From Bugula neritina (lineage: Eukaryota; Animalia; Bryozoa): a stretch of DNA of 64,000 bases. The notes below the pieces were generated by a model. That model saw nothing but the letters and a program-made list of their open reading frames with translations, made no database searches and was not told the DNA's origin. Of this stretch, positions 17,101-33,000 are shown piece after piece. Location of the stretch: NCBI GenBank assembly GCA_964035545.1, contig CAXIUT010000230.1, positions 372,001 through 436,000 of the forward strand. Direction: 5' to 3'. Position 1 is the first letter of the stretch; each line of letters begins with the position of its first letter. The position numbers and the translations under genes are program-made.

Positions 17101-20100
17101 CACACTCAAATATACTGCAAAACACCGAAATACACTGCTACATACTGAAATATACTGCAACACACTGCAACAAATTGCAACATACTAAAATATACTGCAA
17201 CATACTGAAATACACTGCAAAATACTGAAATACACTGTAACATACTGAAATATACTGCGACACATTGCAATATACTGTAACATACTGAAATATGCTGTAG
17301 CACACTGAAATACACTGCAACTCACTGAAATATACTGCAACATACTGAAATACACTGTAACATATTGAAATATACTGCAACATACTGCAACATACTGAAA
17401 TATGCTGTAGCACATTGAAATACACTGCAACTCACTGAAATATACTGCAACATACTGCAACATACTGAAATACACTGTAACATACTGAAATACACAGCAA
17501 CATACTACAACATATCGAAAGACACTGCAACACATTGAAATATGCTGCAACATACCTAAATATACGGTAATATACCAAAAAAAACTGTTACACATTGAAA
17601 AATACTGCAACATACTGAAATACACTGCAACACACTGAAAAACACTGCAAAATACAGTAACACACTGAAATATACTGCAAAATACTGAAATACACTGCTA
17701 CATACTTAAATATACTGCAACACACTGCAACATACTGCAACATACTAAAATATACTGCAACATACTGAAATGCACTGCAAAATACTGAAATACACTGTAA
17801 CATACTGAAATATACTGCAACATACTGAAGTACACTCCTGCATACTGAAATATACTGCAACTCACTGCAACATACTGCAACATACTAAAATACACTGTAA
17901 CATATTGAAATACACTGCAACACATTGAAATATACTGCAAAATATTGAAATACACTGCTACACACTGAAATGTACTGCAACACATGGCAACATACTGCAA
18001 CATACTAAAATATACTGCAACATACTGAAATACACTGCAAAATACTGAAATACGCTGTAACATACTGAAATATACTGCAACATACTGAAATATACTGCTA
18101 CATACTGAAATATACTGCAACACACTGCAACATACTGCAACATACTAAAATACACTGTAACATAATGAAATACACTGCAACACATTGAAATATACTGCAA
18201 AATACTGAAATACACTGCTATATACTGAAATATACTGCAACACACTGAAACATACTGCAACATACTAAAATATACTGCAACATACTGAAATACACTGCAA
18301 CACAGTGAAATATACTGCAATGTGCCGAAATATATGGTAAACTACTGAAATATACTGTCACACATTGAAAATTACTGCAACATACTGAAATAAACTGCGA
18401 CACATTGCTATATACTGTAACATACCGAAATATGCTGTAGCACATTGAAATACACTGCAACTCACTGAAATACAGTGCTACATACTGAAATATACTGCAA
18501 CATACTGCAACATACTGAAATACACTGTAACAAACTGAAATACACTGCAACATACTACAACATTTTGAAACACACTGCAACACATTGAAATATTCTGCAA
18601 CATACCTAAATATACGGTAATAAACCAAAATATACTGTAACACATTGAAAAATACTGCAACATACTGAAATACACTGCAACACACTGAAAAACACTGCAA
18701 AATACTGTAACACACTGAAATAAACTGCAAAACACTGAAATACACTGCTACATACTGAAATATACTGCAACACAGTGCAACATGCTGCAACATACTAAAA
18801 TATACTGCAACATACTGAAATACACAGCAAAAAACTGAAATACACTGTAACATACTGAAATACACTGCAAAATACTACAACATTTTGACATACACTGGAA
18901 TACATTGAAATATACTGCAACATACCTAAATATACGGTAATATACTGAAATATACTGTAACACATTGAAAAATACTACAAAATACTGAAATACACTGCAA
19001 CATACTACAACATACTGAAATACGCTGTAATACATTGAAATCCACTGCAACACATTGAAATATAGTGTAACTCGCTGAAACATACTGTAACTCACTGAAA
19101 TATAGTGTAATATACGGAAATGTACTGTAAAATACTGGAATATAATGTAACACACTGAAATATACTGCAACATACTGAAATACACTGTAACTTACTGAAA
19201 TATACTGCAACATCCTGCAACATACTGAAATACACTGTAACATACTGAAATACACTGCAACATCCTACAAGATACTGAAATACACTGTAACGTATTGAAG
19301 TACACTGCAACACATTGAAGTATTCTGCAACACACTTAAACATACGGCAACATACTGAAATATACTTCGGCACATTGCAATATACTGCAGCATACTGAAA
19401 TATGCTGTAGCCTACTGAAATACACTGCATTATACTGAAATACACTGCTACATACTGAAATATACTGCAACATACTGAAATACACTGTAATATGCTGAAT
19501 TACACTGCAACACATTGAAATATACTGCAACATAGCAAAATATATATTAAACTACTGAAAAATACTTTAACACATTGAAAAATACTGCAACATACATAAT
19601 TATACTGTAACACACTGAAATATACTGCAACATACTGAAATACACTGTAAAATACTGAAATACACTGCAACGTACTACAACATATTGAAAAACACTGCAA
19701 CACATTGAATATACTGCAACATACCTAAATATGCGGTAATATACTGAAATAAACTCTAACACATTGAAAATACTGCAACATACTGAAATACACTGCAACA
19801 CACCGAAATATAATGCAAAATAAAACAACATACTGAAATACACTGTAACATATTGAAATACACTGTAACACATTGAAATATACTGCAACATACCGAGGTA
19901 TATTGTAAACTACTGAAATATACTGTAACACATTGAAAAATACTGCAACATACTGAAAGTTCTTGCGACACATTGCAATATACTGTAACATACTGAAATA
20001 TGCTGTAGCACACTGAAATATACTGCAAAATACTGAAATACACTAAAACATATTGAAAAATACTGCAACATACTGAAATACACTGTAACATACTGAAATG

Positions 20101-21745
20101 CACTGCAAAATACTACAACATATTGAAATACACTGCAACATACCTAAATATTCGGTAAGATACTGAAATATACTGTAACACATTAAAAAAGTACAGCAAC
20201 ATACTGAAAAATACTGCAAGATACTGCAACATACTAAAATACACTGTAACATAATGAAACACACTGCAACATACTGCATTATACTGACATACACTAGAAC
20301 ATAATGAAATACACTTCAACAAATTGAAGTATACTGCAACACACCGAAACATACGGCAACATACTGAAATATACTGCGACAGATTGAAATGTACAGCAAC
20401 ATACTGAAATATACTGCGACACATTGCAAAATACTGCAACATACTGAAATACGCGGTAATATATTGAAATACACTGCAACACATTGAAATATACTGTAAC
20501 TCGCTGAAATATAGTGTAATATACGGAAATGTACTGTAACATACTGGAATATACTGTAACACACTGAAGTATACTGCAACATACTGAAATGCAGTGCTAC
20601 ATACTGAAATATACTGCAACATACTGCAACATATTCAAATACACTGTAACATACTGAAATATACTACTACACACTGCAACATTTGGCAACATACTGAAAT
20701 ATACTGCGACACATTGCAGTATACTGAAACATACTGAAATATGCTGTAGCACACCGAAAAACACTGCAACTCACTGAAATATACTGCAACATACTGAAAT
20801 ACACTGTGACATACTGAAATATACTGCGACATACTGCACCATACTGAAATACACTGTAACATACTGAAATACACTGCAACACATTGAAATATACTGCAAA
20901 ATACTGAATTACAGTGCTACATACTGAAAGATACTGCAACATACCGAAATACACTGTAACATGTTGAAATATACTGCAACATACCTAAATATACGGTAAT
21001 ATACCAAAATATACTGTAACACATTGAAAAATACTGCAACATACTGAAATACACTGCAACCTCTGAAAAACACTGCAAAATACTGTAACACACTCAAATA
21101 TACTGCAAAACACCGAAATACACTGCTACATACTGAAATATACTGCAACACACTGCAACAAATTGCAACATACTAAAATATACTGCAACATACTGAAATA
21201 CACTGCAAAATACTGAAATACACTGTAACATACTGAAATATACTGCGACACATTGCAATATACTGTAACATACTGAAATATGCTGTAGCACACTGAAATA
21301 CACTGCAACTCACTGAAATATACTGCAACATACTGAAATACACTGTAACATATTGAAATATACTGCAACATACTGCAACATACTGAAATACACTGGAACA
21401 TATTGAAATACACTGCAACAAATTGAAGTATACTGCAACACACTGAAACACACTGAAATACACCGCAAAACACTACAACATACTGAAACATACTGCAACA
21501 TACTGAAATACACTACTACATACTGAAATATACTGCAACATACTGCACCATACTGAAATACACTATAACATACTGAAATACACTGCAACATAATACAATA
21601 TATTGAAATACACTGCAACACATTGAAATATACTGCAACATACTGAAATATACTGCGACACATTGCAATATACTGTAACATACTGAAATATGCTGTAGCA
21701 CATTGAAATACACTGCAACTCACTGAAATATACTGCAACATACTG
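5171..21745. repeat. Higher-order repeat: four tandem ~4-kb units (3988, 4288, 3988, 4288 bp) forming two copies of an 8276-bp super-unit
   Basis: Near-identical ORF-track entries recur at 5954/9942/14230/18218 and 7072/11060/15348/19336 (offsets 3988, 4288, 3988). Rare variants such as gaaagttcttgcgac and ccgaggtatattgtaaacta occur once per unit. Approximate units: 5171-9158, 9159-13446, 13447-17434, 17435-21722. Confidence 0.95.
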
Positions 21746-24700
21746 ATATACACTGTAACATATTGAAATACACTGCAACATACTGAAATACAGTGCTACA
21801 TACTGAAATATACTGCAACATACTGCAACATACTGAAATACACTGTAACAAACTGAAATACACTGCAACATACTACAACATTTTGAAACACACTGCAACA
21901 CATTGAAATATACTGCAACATACCTAGAAATACGGTAATATACCAAAATATACTGTAACACATTGAAAAATACTGCAACATACTGAAATACACTGCAACA
22001 CACTGAAAAACACTGCAAAATACTGTAACACACTGAAATATACTGCAAAACACTGAAATACACTGCTACATACTGAAATATACTGCAACACAGTGCAACA
22101 TACTGCAACATACTAAAATATACTGCAACATACTGAAATACACTGCAAAATACTGATTTACACTGTAACATACTGAAATACACTGCAAAATACTACAACA
22201 TTTTGAAATACACTGGAATACATTGAAATATACTCCAACATACCTAAATATACGGTAATATGCTGAAATATACTGTAACACATTGAAAAATACTACAAAA
22301 TACTGAAATACACTGCAACATACTACAACATACTGAAATACGCTGTAATACATTGAAATCCACTGCAACACATTGAAATATACTGTAACTCGCTGAAACA
22401 TACTGTAACTCACTGAAATATAGTGTAATATACGGAAATGTACTGTAAAATACTGGAATATAATGTAACACACTGAAATATACTGCAACATACTGAAATA
22501 CACTGAAACATACTGAAATATACTGCAACATCCTGCAACATACTGAAATACACTGCAACATACTGAAATACACTGAAACATACTGAAATATACTGCAACA
22601 TCCTGCAACACACTTAAACACACGGCAACATACTGAAATATACTTCGGCACATTGCAATATACTGCAGCATACTGAAATATGCTGTAGCCTACTGAAATA
22701 CACTGCATTATACTGAAATACACTGCTACATACTGAAATATACTGCAACATACTGAAATACACTGTAATATGCTGAATTACACTGCAACACATTGAAATA
22801 TACTGCAACATAGCAAAATATATATTAAACTACTGAAAAATACTTTAACACATTGAAAAATACTGCAACATACATAATTATACTGTAACACACTGAAATA
22901 TACTGCAACATACTGTAACTCACTGGAATATAATGTAACACACTGAAAAATACTGCAACATACTGAAATACACTGTAACATACTGAAATAAACTGCAACA
23001 TCCTGCAACATACTGAAATACACTGTAACATACTGAAATACACTGCAACATCCTACAAGATACTGAAATACACTGTAACGTATTGATGTACACTGCAACA
23101 TATTGAAGTATTCTGCAACACACTTAAACATACGGCAACATACTGAAATATACTTCGGCACATTGCAATATACTGCAGCATACTGAAATATGCTGTAGCC
23201 TACTGAAATACACTGCATTATACTGAAATACACTGCTACATACTGAAATATACTGCAACATACTGAAATATACTGCGACACATTGCAATATACTGCAACA
23301 TACTGAAATACACTGTAACATATCGAAATATACTGCAACATACTGAAATACAGTGCTACATACTGAAATATACTGCAACATACTGCAACATACTGAAATA
23401 CACTGTAACATACTGAAATACACTGCAACATACTACAACATATTGAAAGACACTGCAACACATTGAAATATGCTGCAACATACCTAAATATACGGTAATA
23501 TACCAAAATAAATTGTTACACATTGAAAAATACTGCAACATACTGAAATACACTGCAACACACTGAAAAACACTGCAAAATACTGTAACACACTGAAATA
23601 TACTGCAAAATACTGAAATACACTGCTACATACTTAAATATACTGCAACACACTGCAACATACTGCAACATACTAAAATATACTGCAACATACTGAAATA
23701 TGCTGTAGCACACTGAAATACACTGCAACTCACTGAAATATACTGCAACATACTGAAATACACTGTAACATATTGAAATATACTGCAACATACTGAAATA
23801 CAGTGCTACATACTGAAATATACTGCACCATACTGCAACATACTGAAATACACTGTAACGTACTGAAATAAACTGCAACATCCTGCAACATACTGAAATA
23901 CACTGTAACATACTGAAATACACTGCAACATCCTACAAGATACTGAAATACACTGTAACGTATTGAAGTACACTGCAACACATTGAAGTATTCTGCAACA
24001 CACTTAAACATACGGCAACATACTGAAATATACTTCGGCACACTGCAATATACTGCAGCATACTGAAATATGCTGTAGCCTACTGAAATACACTGCATTA
24101 TACTGAAATACACTGCTACATACTGAAATATACTGCAACATACTGAAATATACTGCGAAACATTGCAATATACTGTAACATACTGAAATATGCTGTAGCA
24201 CACTGAAATACACTGCAACTCACTGAAATATACTGCAACATACTGAAATACACTGTAACATATTGAAATATACTGCAACATACTGAAATACAGTGCTACA
24301 TACTGAAATATACTGCACCATACTGCAACATACTGAAATACACTGTAACATACTGAAATTCACTGCAACATACTACAACATATTGAAAGACACTGCAACA
24401 CATTGAAATATGCTGCAACATACCTAAATATACGGTAATATACCAAAATAAACTGTTACACATTGAAAAATACTGCAACATACTGAAATACACTGCAACA
24501 CACTGAAAAACACTGCAAAATACTGTAACACACTGAAATATACTGCAAAATACTCAAATACACTGCTACATATTTAAATATACTGCAACACACTGCAACA
24601 TACTGCAACATACTAAAATATACTGCAACATACTGAAATACACTGCAAAATACTGAAATACACTGTAACATACTGAAATATACTGCAACATACTGAAGTA

Positions 24701-24990
24701 CACTCCTACATACTGAAATATACTGCAACTCACTGCAACATACTGCAACATACTAAAATACACTGTAACATATTGAAATACACTGCAACACATTGAAATA
24801 TACTGCAAAATATTGAAATACACTGCTACACACTGAAATATACTGCAACACACGGCAACATACTGCAACATACTAAAATATACTGCAACATACTGAAATA
24901 CACTGCAAGATACTGAAATACGCTGTAACATACTGAAATATACTGCAACATACTGAAATATACTGCTACATACTGAAATATACTGCAACA

Positions 24991-27900
24991 CACTGCAACA
25001 TACTGCAACATACTAAAATACACTGTAACATAATAAAATACACTGCAACACATTGAAATATACTGCAAAATACTGAAATACACTGCTATATACTGAAATA
25101 TACTGCAACACACTGCAACATACTGCAACACACTAAAATATACTGCAACATACTGAAAAACACTGCAAAATACTGAAATACACTGTAACATACTGAAATA
25201 TACTGCAACATACTGAAATACACTGCTACATACTGAAATATACGGCAACACACTGCAACATACTGAAACATACTACAATACACTGTAACATATTGAAATA
25301 CACTGCAACACAGTGAAATATACTGCAATGTGCCGAAATATATGGTAAACTACTGAAATATACTGTCACACATTGAAAATTACTGCAACATACTGAAATA
25401 AACTGTGACACATTGCAATATACTGTAACATACCGAAATATGCTGTAGCACATTGAAATACACTGCAACTCACTGAAATACAGTGCTACATACTGAAATA
25501 TACTGCAACATACTGCAACATACTGAAATACACTGTAACAAACTGAAATACACTGCAACATACTACAACATTTTGAAACACACTGCAACAGATTGAAATA
25601 TACTGCAACATACCTAAATATACGGTAATATACCAAAATATACTGTAACACATTGAAAAATACTGCAACATACTGAAATACACTGCAACACACTGACAAA
25701 CACTGCAAGATACTGTAACACACTGAAATATACTGCAAAACGCTGAAATACACTGCTACATACTGAAATATACTGCAACACAGTGCAACATGCTGCAACA
25801 TACTAAAATATACTGCAACATACTGAAATACACTGCAAAATACTGAAATACACTGTAACATACTGAAATACACTGCAAAATACTACAACATACTGAAATA
25901 CGCTGTAATACATTGAAATCCACTGTAACACATTGAAATATACTGTAACTCGCTGAAACATACTGTAACTCACTGAAATATAGTGTAATATACGGAAATG
26001 TACTGTAAATTACTGGAATATAATGTAACACACTGAAATATACTGCAACATACTGAAATACACTGTAACATACTGAAATATACTGCAACATCCTGCAACA
26101 TACTGAAATACACTGTAACATACTGAAATACACTGCAACATCCTACAAGATACTGAAATACACTGTAACGTATTGAAGTACACTGCAACACATTGAAGTA
26201 TTCTGCAACACACTTAAACATACGGCAACATACCGAAATATACTTCGGCACATTGCAATATACTGCAGCATACTGAAATATGCTGTAGCCTACTGAAATA
26301 CACTGCATTATACTGAAATACACTGCTACATACTGAAATCTACTGCAACATACCGAAATACACTGTAATATGCTGAATTACACTGCAACACCTTGAAATA
26401 TACTGCAACATAGCAAAATATATATTAAACTACTGAAAAATACTTTAACACATTGAAAAATACTGCAACATACATAATTATACTGTAACACACTGAAATA
26501 TACTGCAACATACTTAAATACACTGTAAAATACTGAAATATACTGCAACATACTGAAATACACTGCTACATACTGAAATATACTGCAACATACTGCAACA
26601 TACTGAAAAACACTGTAACATACTGAAATACACTGCAACATACTGCAACATACTAAAATACACTGTAACATAATAAAATACACTGCAACACATTGAAATA
26701 TACTGCAAAATACTGAAATACACTGCTATATACTGAAATATACTGCAACACACTGCAACATACTGCAACACACTAAAATATACTGCAACATACTGAAAAA
26801 CACTGCAAAATACTGAAATACACTGTAACATACTGAAATATACTGCAACATACTGAAATACACTGCTACATACTGAAATATACGGCAACACACTGCAACA
26901 TACTGAAACATACTACAATACACTGTAACATATTGAAATACACTGCAACACAGTGAAATATACTGCAATGTGCCGAAATATATGGTAAACTACTGAAATA
27001 TACTGTCACACATTGAAAATTACTGCAACATACTGAAATAAACTGTGACACATTGCAATATACTGTAACATACCGAAATATGCTGTAGCACATTGAAATA
27101 CACTGCAACTCACTGAAATACAGTGCTACATACTGAAATATACTGCAACATACTGCAACATACTGAAATACACTGTAACAAACTGAAATACACTGCAACA
27201 TACTACAACATTTTGAAACACACTGCAACAGATTGAAATATACTGCAACATACCTAAATATACGGTAATATACCAAAATATACTGTAACACATTGAAAAA
27301 TACTGCAACATACTGAAATACACTGCAACACACTGACAAACACTGCAAGATACTGTAACACACTGAAATATACTGCAAAACGCTGAAATACACTGCTACA
27401 TACTGAAATATACTGCAACACAGTGCAACATGCTGCAACATACTAAAATATACTGCAACATACTGAAATACACTGCAAAATACTGAAATACACTGTAACA
27501 TACTGAAATACACTGCAAAATACTACAACATACTGAAATACGCTGTAATACATTGAAATCCACTGTAACACATTGAAATATACTGTAACTCGCTGAAACA
27601 TACTGTAACTCACTGAAATATAGTGTAATATACGGAAATGTACTGTAAATTACTGGAATATAATGTAACACACTGAAATATACTGCAACATACTGAAATA
27701 CACTGTAACATACTGAAATATACTGCAACATCCTGCAACATACTGAAATACACTGTAACATACTGAAATACACTGCAACATCCTACAAGATACTGAAATA
27801 CACTGTAACGTATTGAAGTACACTGCAACACATTGAAGTATTCTGCAACACACTTAAACATACGGCAACATACCGAAATATACTTCGGCACATTGCAATA

Positions 27901-28284
27901 TACTGCAGCATACTGAAATATGCTGTAGCCTACTGAAATACACTGCATTATACTGAAATACACTGCTACATACTGAAATCTACTGCAACATACCGAAATA
28001 CACTGTAATATGCTGAATTACACTGCAACACCTTGAAATATACTGCAACATAGCAAAATATATATTAAACTACTGAAAAATACTTTAACACATTGAAAAA
28101 TACTGCAACATACATAATTATACTGTAACACACTGAAATATACTGCAACATACTTAAATACACTGTAAAATACTGAAATATACTGCAACATACTGAAATA
28201 CACTGCTACATACTGAAATATACTGCAACATACTGCAACATACTGAAAAACACTGTAACATACTGAAATACACTGCAACATACT
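24991..28284. repeat. Tandem duplication of a 1640-bp block (164 monomers)
   Basis: Identical ORF translations at offset 1640 (25086/26726, 25226/26866, 25756/27396, 26010/27650). Both copies share private variants aactgtgaca, gattgaaata tactgcaaca tacct and ccttgaaata. Confidence 0.95.
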
Positions 28285-31200
28285 ACAACATATTGAAAAA
28301 CACTGCAACACATTGAATATACTGCAACATACCTAAATATGCGGTAATATACTGAAATAAACTCTAACACATTGAAAATACTGCAACATACTGAAATACA
28401 CTGCAACACACCGAAATATACTGCAAAATAAAACAACATACTGAAATACACTGTAACATATTGAAATACACTGTAACACATTGAAATATACTGCAACATA
28501 CCGAGATATATTGTAAACTACTGAAATATACTGTAACACATTGAAAAACACTGCAACATACTGAAATTTACTGCGACACATTGCAATATACTGTAACATA
28601 CTGAAATATGCTGTAGAACACTGAAATATACTGCAAAATACTGAAATACACTAAAACATATTGAAAAATACTGCAACATACTGAAATACACTGTAACATA
28701 CTGAAATACACTACAAAATACTACAACATATTGAAATACACTGCAACATACCTAAATATACGGTAAGATACTGAAATATACTGTAACACATTAAAAAGTA
28801 CAGCAACATACTGAAAGATACTGCAAGATACTGCAACATACTAAAATACACTGTAACATAATGAAACACACTGCAACATACTGCATTATACTGACATACA
28901 CTGGAACATAATGAAATACACTGCAACAAATTGAAGTATACTGCAACACACCGAAACATACGGCAACATACTGAAATATACTGCGACAGATTGAAATGTA
29001 CAGCAACATACTGAAATATACTGCGACACATTGCAAAATACTGCAACATACTGAAATACGCGGTAATATATTGAAATACACTGCAACACATTGAAATATA
29101 CTGTAACTCGCTGAAATATAGTGTAATATACGGAAATGTACTGTAACATACTGGAATATACTGTAACACACTGAAGTATACTGCAACATACTGAAATGCA
29201 GTGCTACATACTGAAATATACTGCAACATACTGCAACATACTGAAATACACTGTAACATACTGAAATATACTACTACACACTGCAACATTTGGCAACATA
29301 CCGAAATATACTGCGACACATTGCAGTATACTGAAACATACTGAAATATGCTGTAGCACACTGAAATACACTGCAACTCACTGAAATATACTGCAACATA
29401 CTGAAATACACTGTGACATACTGAAATATACTGCGACATACTGCACCATACTGAAATACACTGTAACATACTGAAATACACTGCAACACATTGAAATATA
29501 CTGCAAAATACTGAAATACACTGCTACATACTGAAATATACTGCAACACACTGCAACATACTGCAACATACTGAAATATACTGGACACATTGCAATATAC
29601 TCTAACATACTGAAATACAGTGCTACATACTGAAAGATACTGCAACATACCGAAATACACTGTAACATGTTGAAATATACTGCAACATACCTAAATATAC
29701 GGTAATATACCTAAATATACAGTAATATACCAAAATATACTGTAACACATTGATAAATACTGCAACATACAGAAATACACTGCAACCTCTGAAAAACACT
29801 GCAAAATACTGTAACATACTAAAATACACTGTAACATAATGAAATACACTGCAACACATTGAAATATACTGCAAAATACTGAACGACACTGCTATATACT
29901 GAAATATACTGCAACACACTGCAACATACTGTAACATACTGGAATATACTGCAACATACTGAAATACACTGCTACATACTGAAATATACGGCAACACACT
30001 GCAACATACTGAAACATACTAAAATACACTGTAACATATTGAAATACACTGCAACACAGTGAAATATACTGCAATGTGCCGAAATATATGGTAAACTACT
30101 GAAATATACTGTCACATCTTGAAAAATACTGCAACATACTGAAATATACTGCGACACATTGCAATATACTGTAACATACTGAAATATGCTGTAGCACATT
30201 GAAATACACTGCAACTCACTGAAATATACTGCAACATACTGAAATACACTGTAACATATTGAAAAACACTGCAACATACTGAAATACAGTGCTACATACT
30301 GAAATATACTGCAACATACTGCAACATACTGAAATACACTGTAACCGACTGAAATACACCTCAACATACTACAACATTTTGAAACACACTGCAACACATT
30401 GAAATATACTGCAACATTCCTAAATATACGGTAATATACCAAAATATACTGTAACACATCGAAAAATACTGCAACATACTGAAATACACTGCATTACACT
30501 GAAAAACACTGCAAAATACTGTAACACACTGAAATATACTGCAAAACACTGAAATACACTGCTACATACTGAAATATACTGCAACACAGTGCAACATACT
30601 CCAACATACTAAAATATACTGCAACATACTGAAATACACTGCAGAATACTGATATACACTGTAACATACTGAAATACACTGCAAAATACTACAAAATTTT
30701 GAAATACACTGCAATACATTGAAATATACTGCAACATACCTAAATATACGGTAATATACTGAAATATACTGTAACACATTGAAAAATACTACAAAATACT
30801 GAAATACACTGCAACATACTACAACATACTGAAATACCCTGTAATACATTGAAATCCACTGTAGCACATTGAAATATACTGTAACTCGCTGAAACATACT
30901 GTAACTCACTGAAATATAGTGTAATATACGGAAATGTACTGTAAATTACTGGAATATAATGTAACACACTGAAATATACTGCAACATACTGAAATACACT
31001 GTAACATACTGAAATATACTGCAACATCCTGCAACATACTGAAATACACTGTAACATACTGAAATACACTGCAACATTCTACAAGATACTGAAATACACT
31101 GTAACGTATTGAAGTACACTGCAACACATTGAAGTATTCTGCAACACACTTAAACATACGGCAACATACCGAAATATACTTCGGCACATTGCAATATACT

Positions 31201-33000
31201 GCAGCATACTGAAATATGCTGTAGCCTACTGAAATACACTGCATTATACTGAAATACACTTCTACATACTGAAATATACTGCAACATACTGAAATACACT
31301 GTAATATGCTGAATTACACTGCAACACATTGAAATATACTGCAACATAGCAAAATATATATTAAACTACTGAAAAATACTTCAACACATTGAAAAATACT
31401 GCAACATACATAATTATACTGTAACACACTGAAATATACTGCAACATACTTAAATACACTGTAAAATACTGAAATATACTGCAACATACTGAAATACACT
31501 GCTACATACTGAAATATACTGCAACATACTGCAACATACTGAAAAACACTGTAACATACTGAAATACAATGCAACATACTACAACATATTGAAAAACACT
31601 GCAACACATTGAATATACTGCAACATACCTAAATATGCGGTAATATACTGAAATAAACTCTAACACATTGAAAATACTGCAACATACCGAAATACACTGC
31701 AACACACCGAAATATACTGCAAAATAAAACAACATACTGAAATACACTGTAACATATTGAAATACACTGTAACACATTGAAATATACTGCAACATACCGA
31801 GATATATTGTAAACTACTGAAATATACTGTAACACATTGAAAAATACTGCAACATACTGAAATTTACTGCGACACACTGCAATATACTGTAACATACTGA
31901 AATATGCTGTAGAACACTGAAATATACTGCAAAATACTGAAATACACTAAAACATATTGAAAAACACTGCAACATACTGAAATACACTGCAAAATACTAC
32001 AACATATTGAAATACACTGCAACATACCTAAATATACGGTAAGATACTGAAATATACTGTAACACATTAAAAAGTACAGCAACATACTGAAAGATACTGC
32101 AAGATACTGCAACATACTAAAATACACTGTAACATAATGAAACACACTGCAACATACGGCATTATACTGACATACACTGGAACATAATGAAATACACTGC
32201 AACAAATTGAAGTATACTGCAACACACCGAAACATACGGCAACATACTGAAATATACTGCGACAGATTGAAATGTACAGCAACATACTGAAATATACTGC
32301 GACACATTGCAAAATACTGCAACATACTGAAATACGCGGTAATATATTGAAATACACTGCAACACATTGAAATATACTGTAACTCGCTGAAATATAGTGT
32401 AATATACGGAAATGTACTGTAACATACTGGAATATACTGTAACATACTGCAACATACTGAAATACACTGTAACATACTGAAATATACTACTACACACTGC
32501 AACATTTGGCAACATACTGAAATATACTGCGACACATTGCAGTATACTGAAACATACTGAAATATGCTGTAGCACACTGAAATACACTGCAACTTACTGA
32601 AATATACTGCAACATACTGAAATACACTGTGACATACTGAAATATACTGCGACATACTGCTCCATACTGAAATACACTGTAACATACTGAAATACACTGC
32701 AACACATTGAAATATACTGCAAAATACTGAAATACACTGCTACATACTGAAATATACTGGACACATTGCAATATACTCTAACATACTGAAATACAGTGCT
32801 ACATACTGAAAGATACTGCAACATACCGAAATACACTGTAACATGTTGAAATATACTGCAACATACCTAAATATACGGTAATATACCTAAATATACGGTA
32901 ATATACCAAAATATACTGTAACACATTGATAAATACTGCAACATACTGAAATCCACTGCAACCTCTGAAAAACACTGCAAAATACTGTAACACACTCAAA
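27500..33000. repeat. Imperfect ~3.2-3.3-kb higher-order duplication (~27.5-29.8 kb repeated at ~30.8-33.0 kb)
   Basis: ORF pairs at offset 3296 (28018/31314, 28206/31502, 28333/31629). The offset shrinks to 3176 after internal deletions. Shared private markers: ctgtagaaca, the 9-mer ctggacaca, ttgataaata and a doubled cctaaatata-cggtaatata. Boundaries approximate. Confidence 0.8.
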
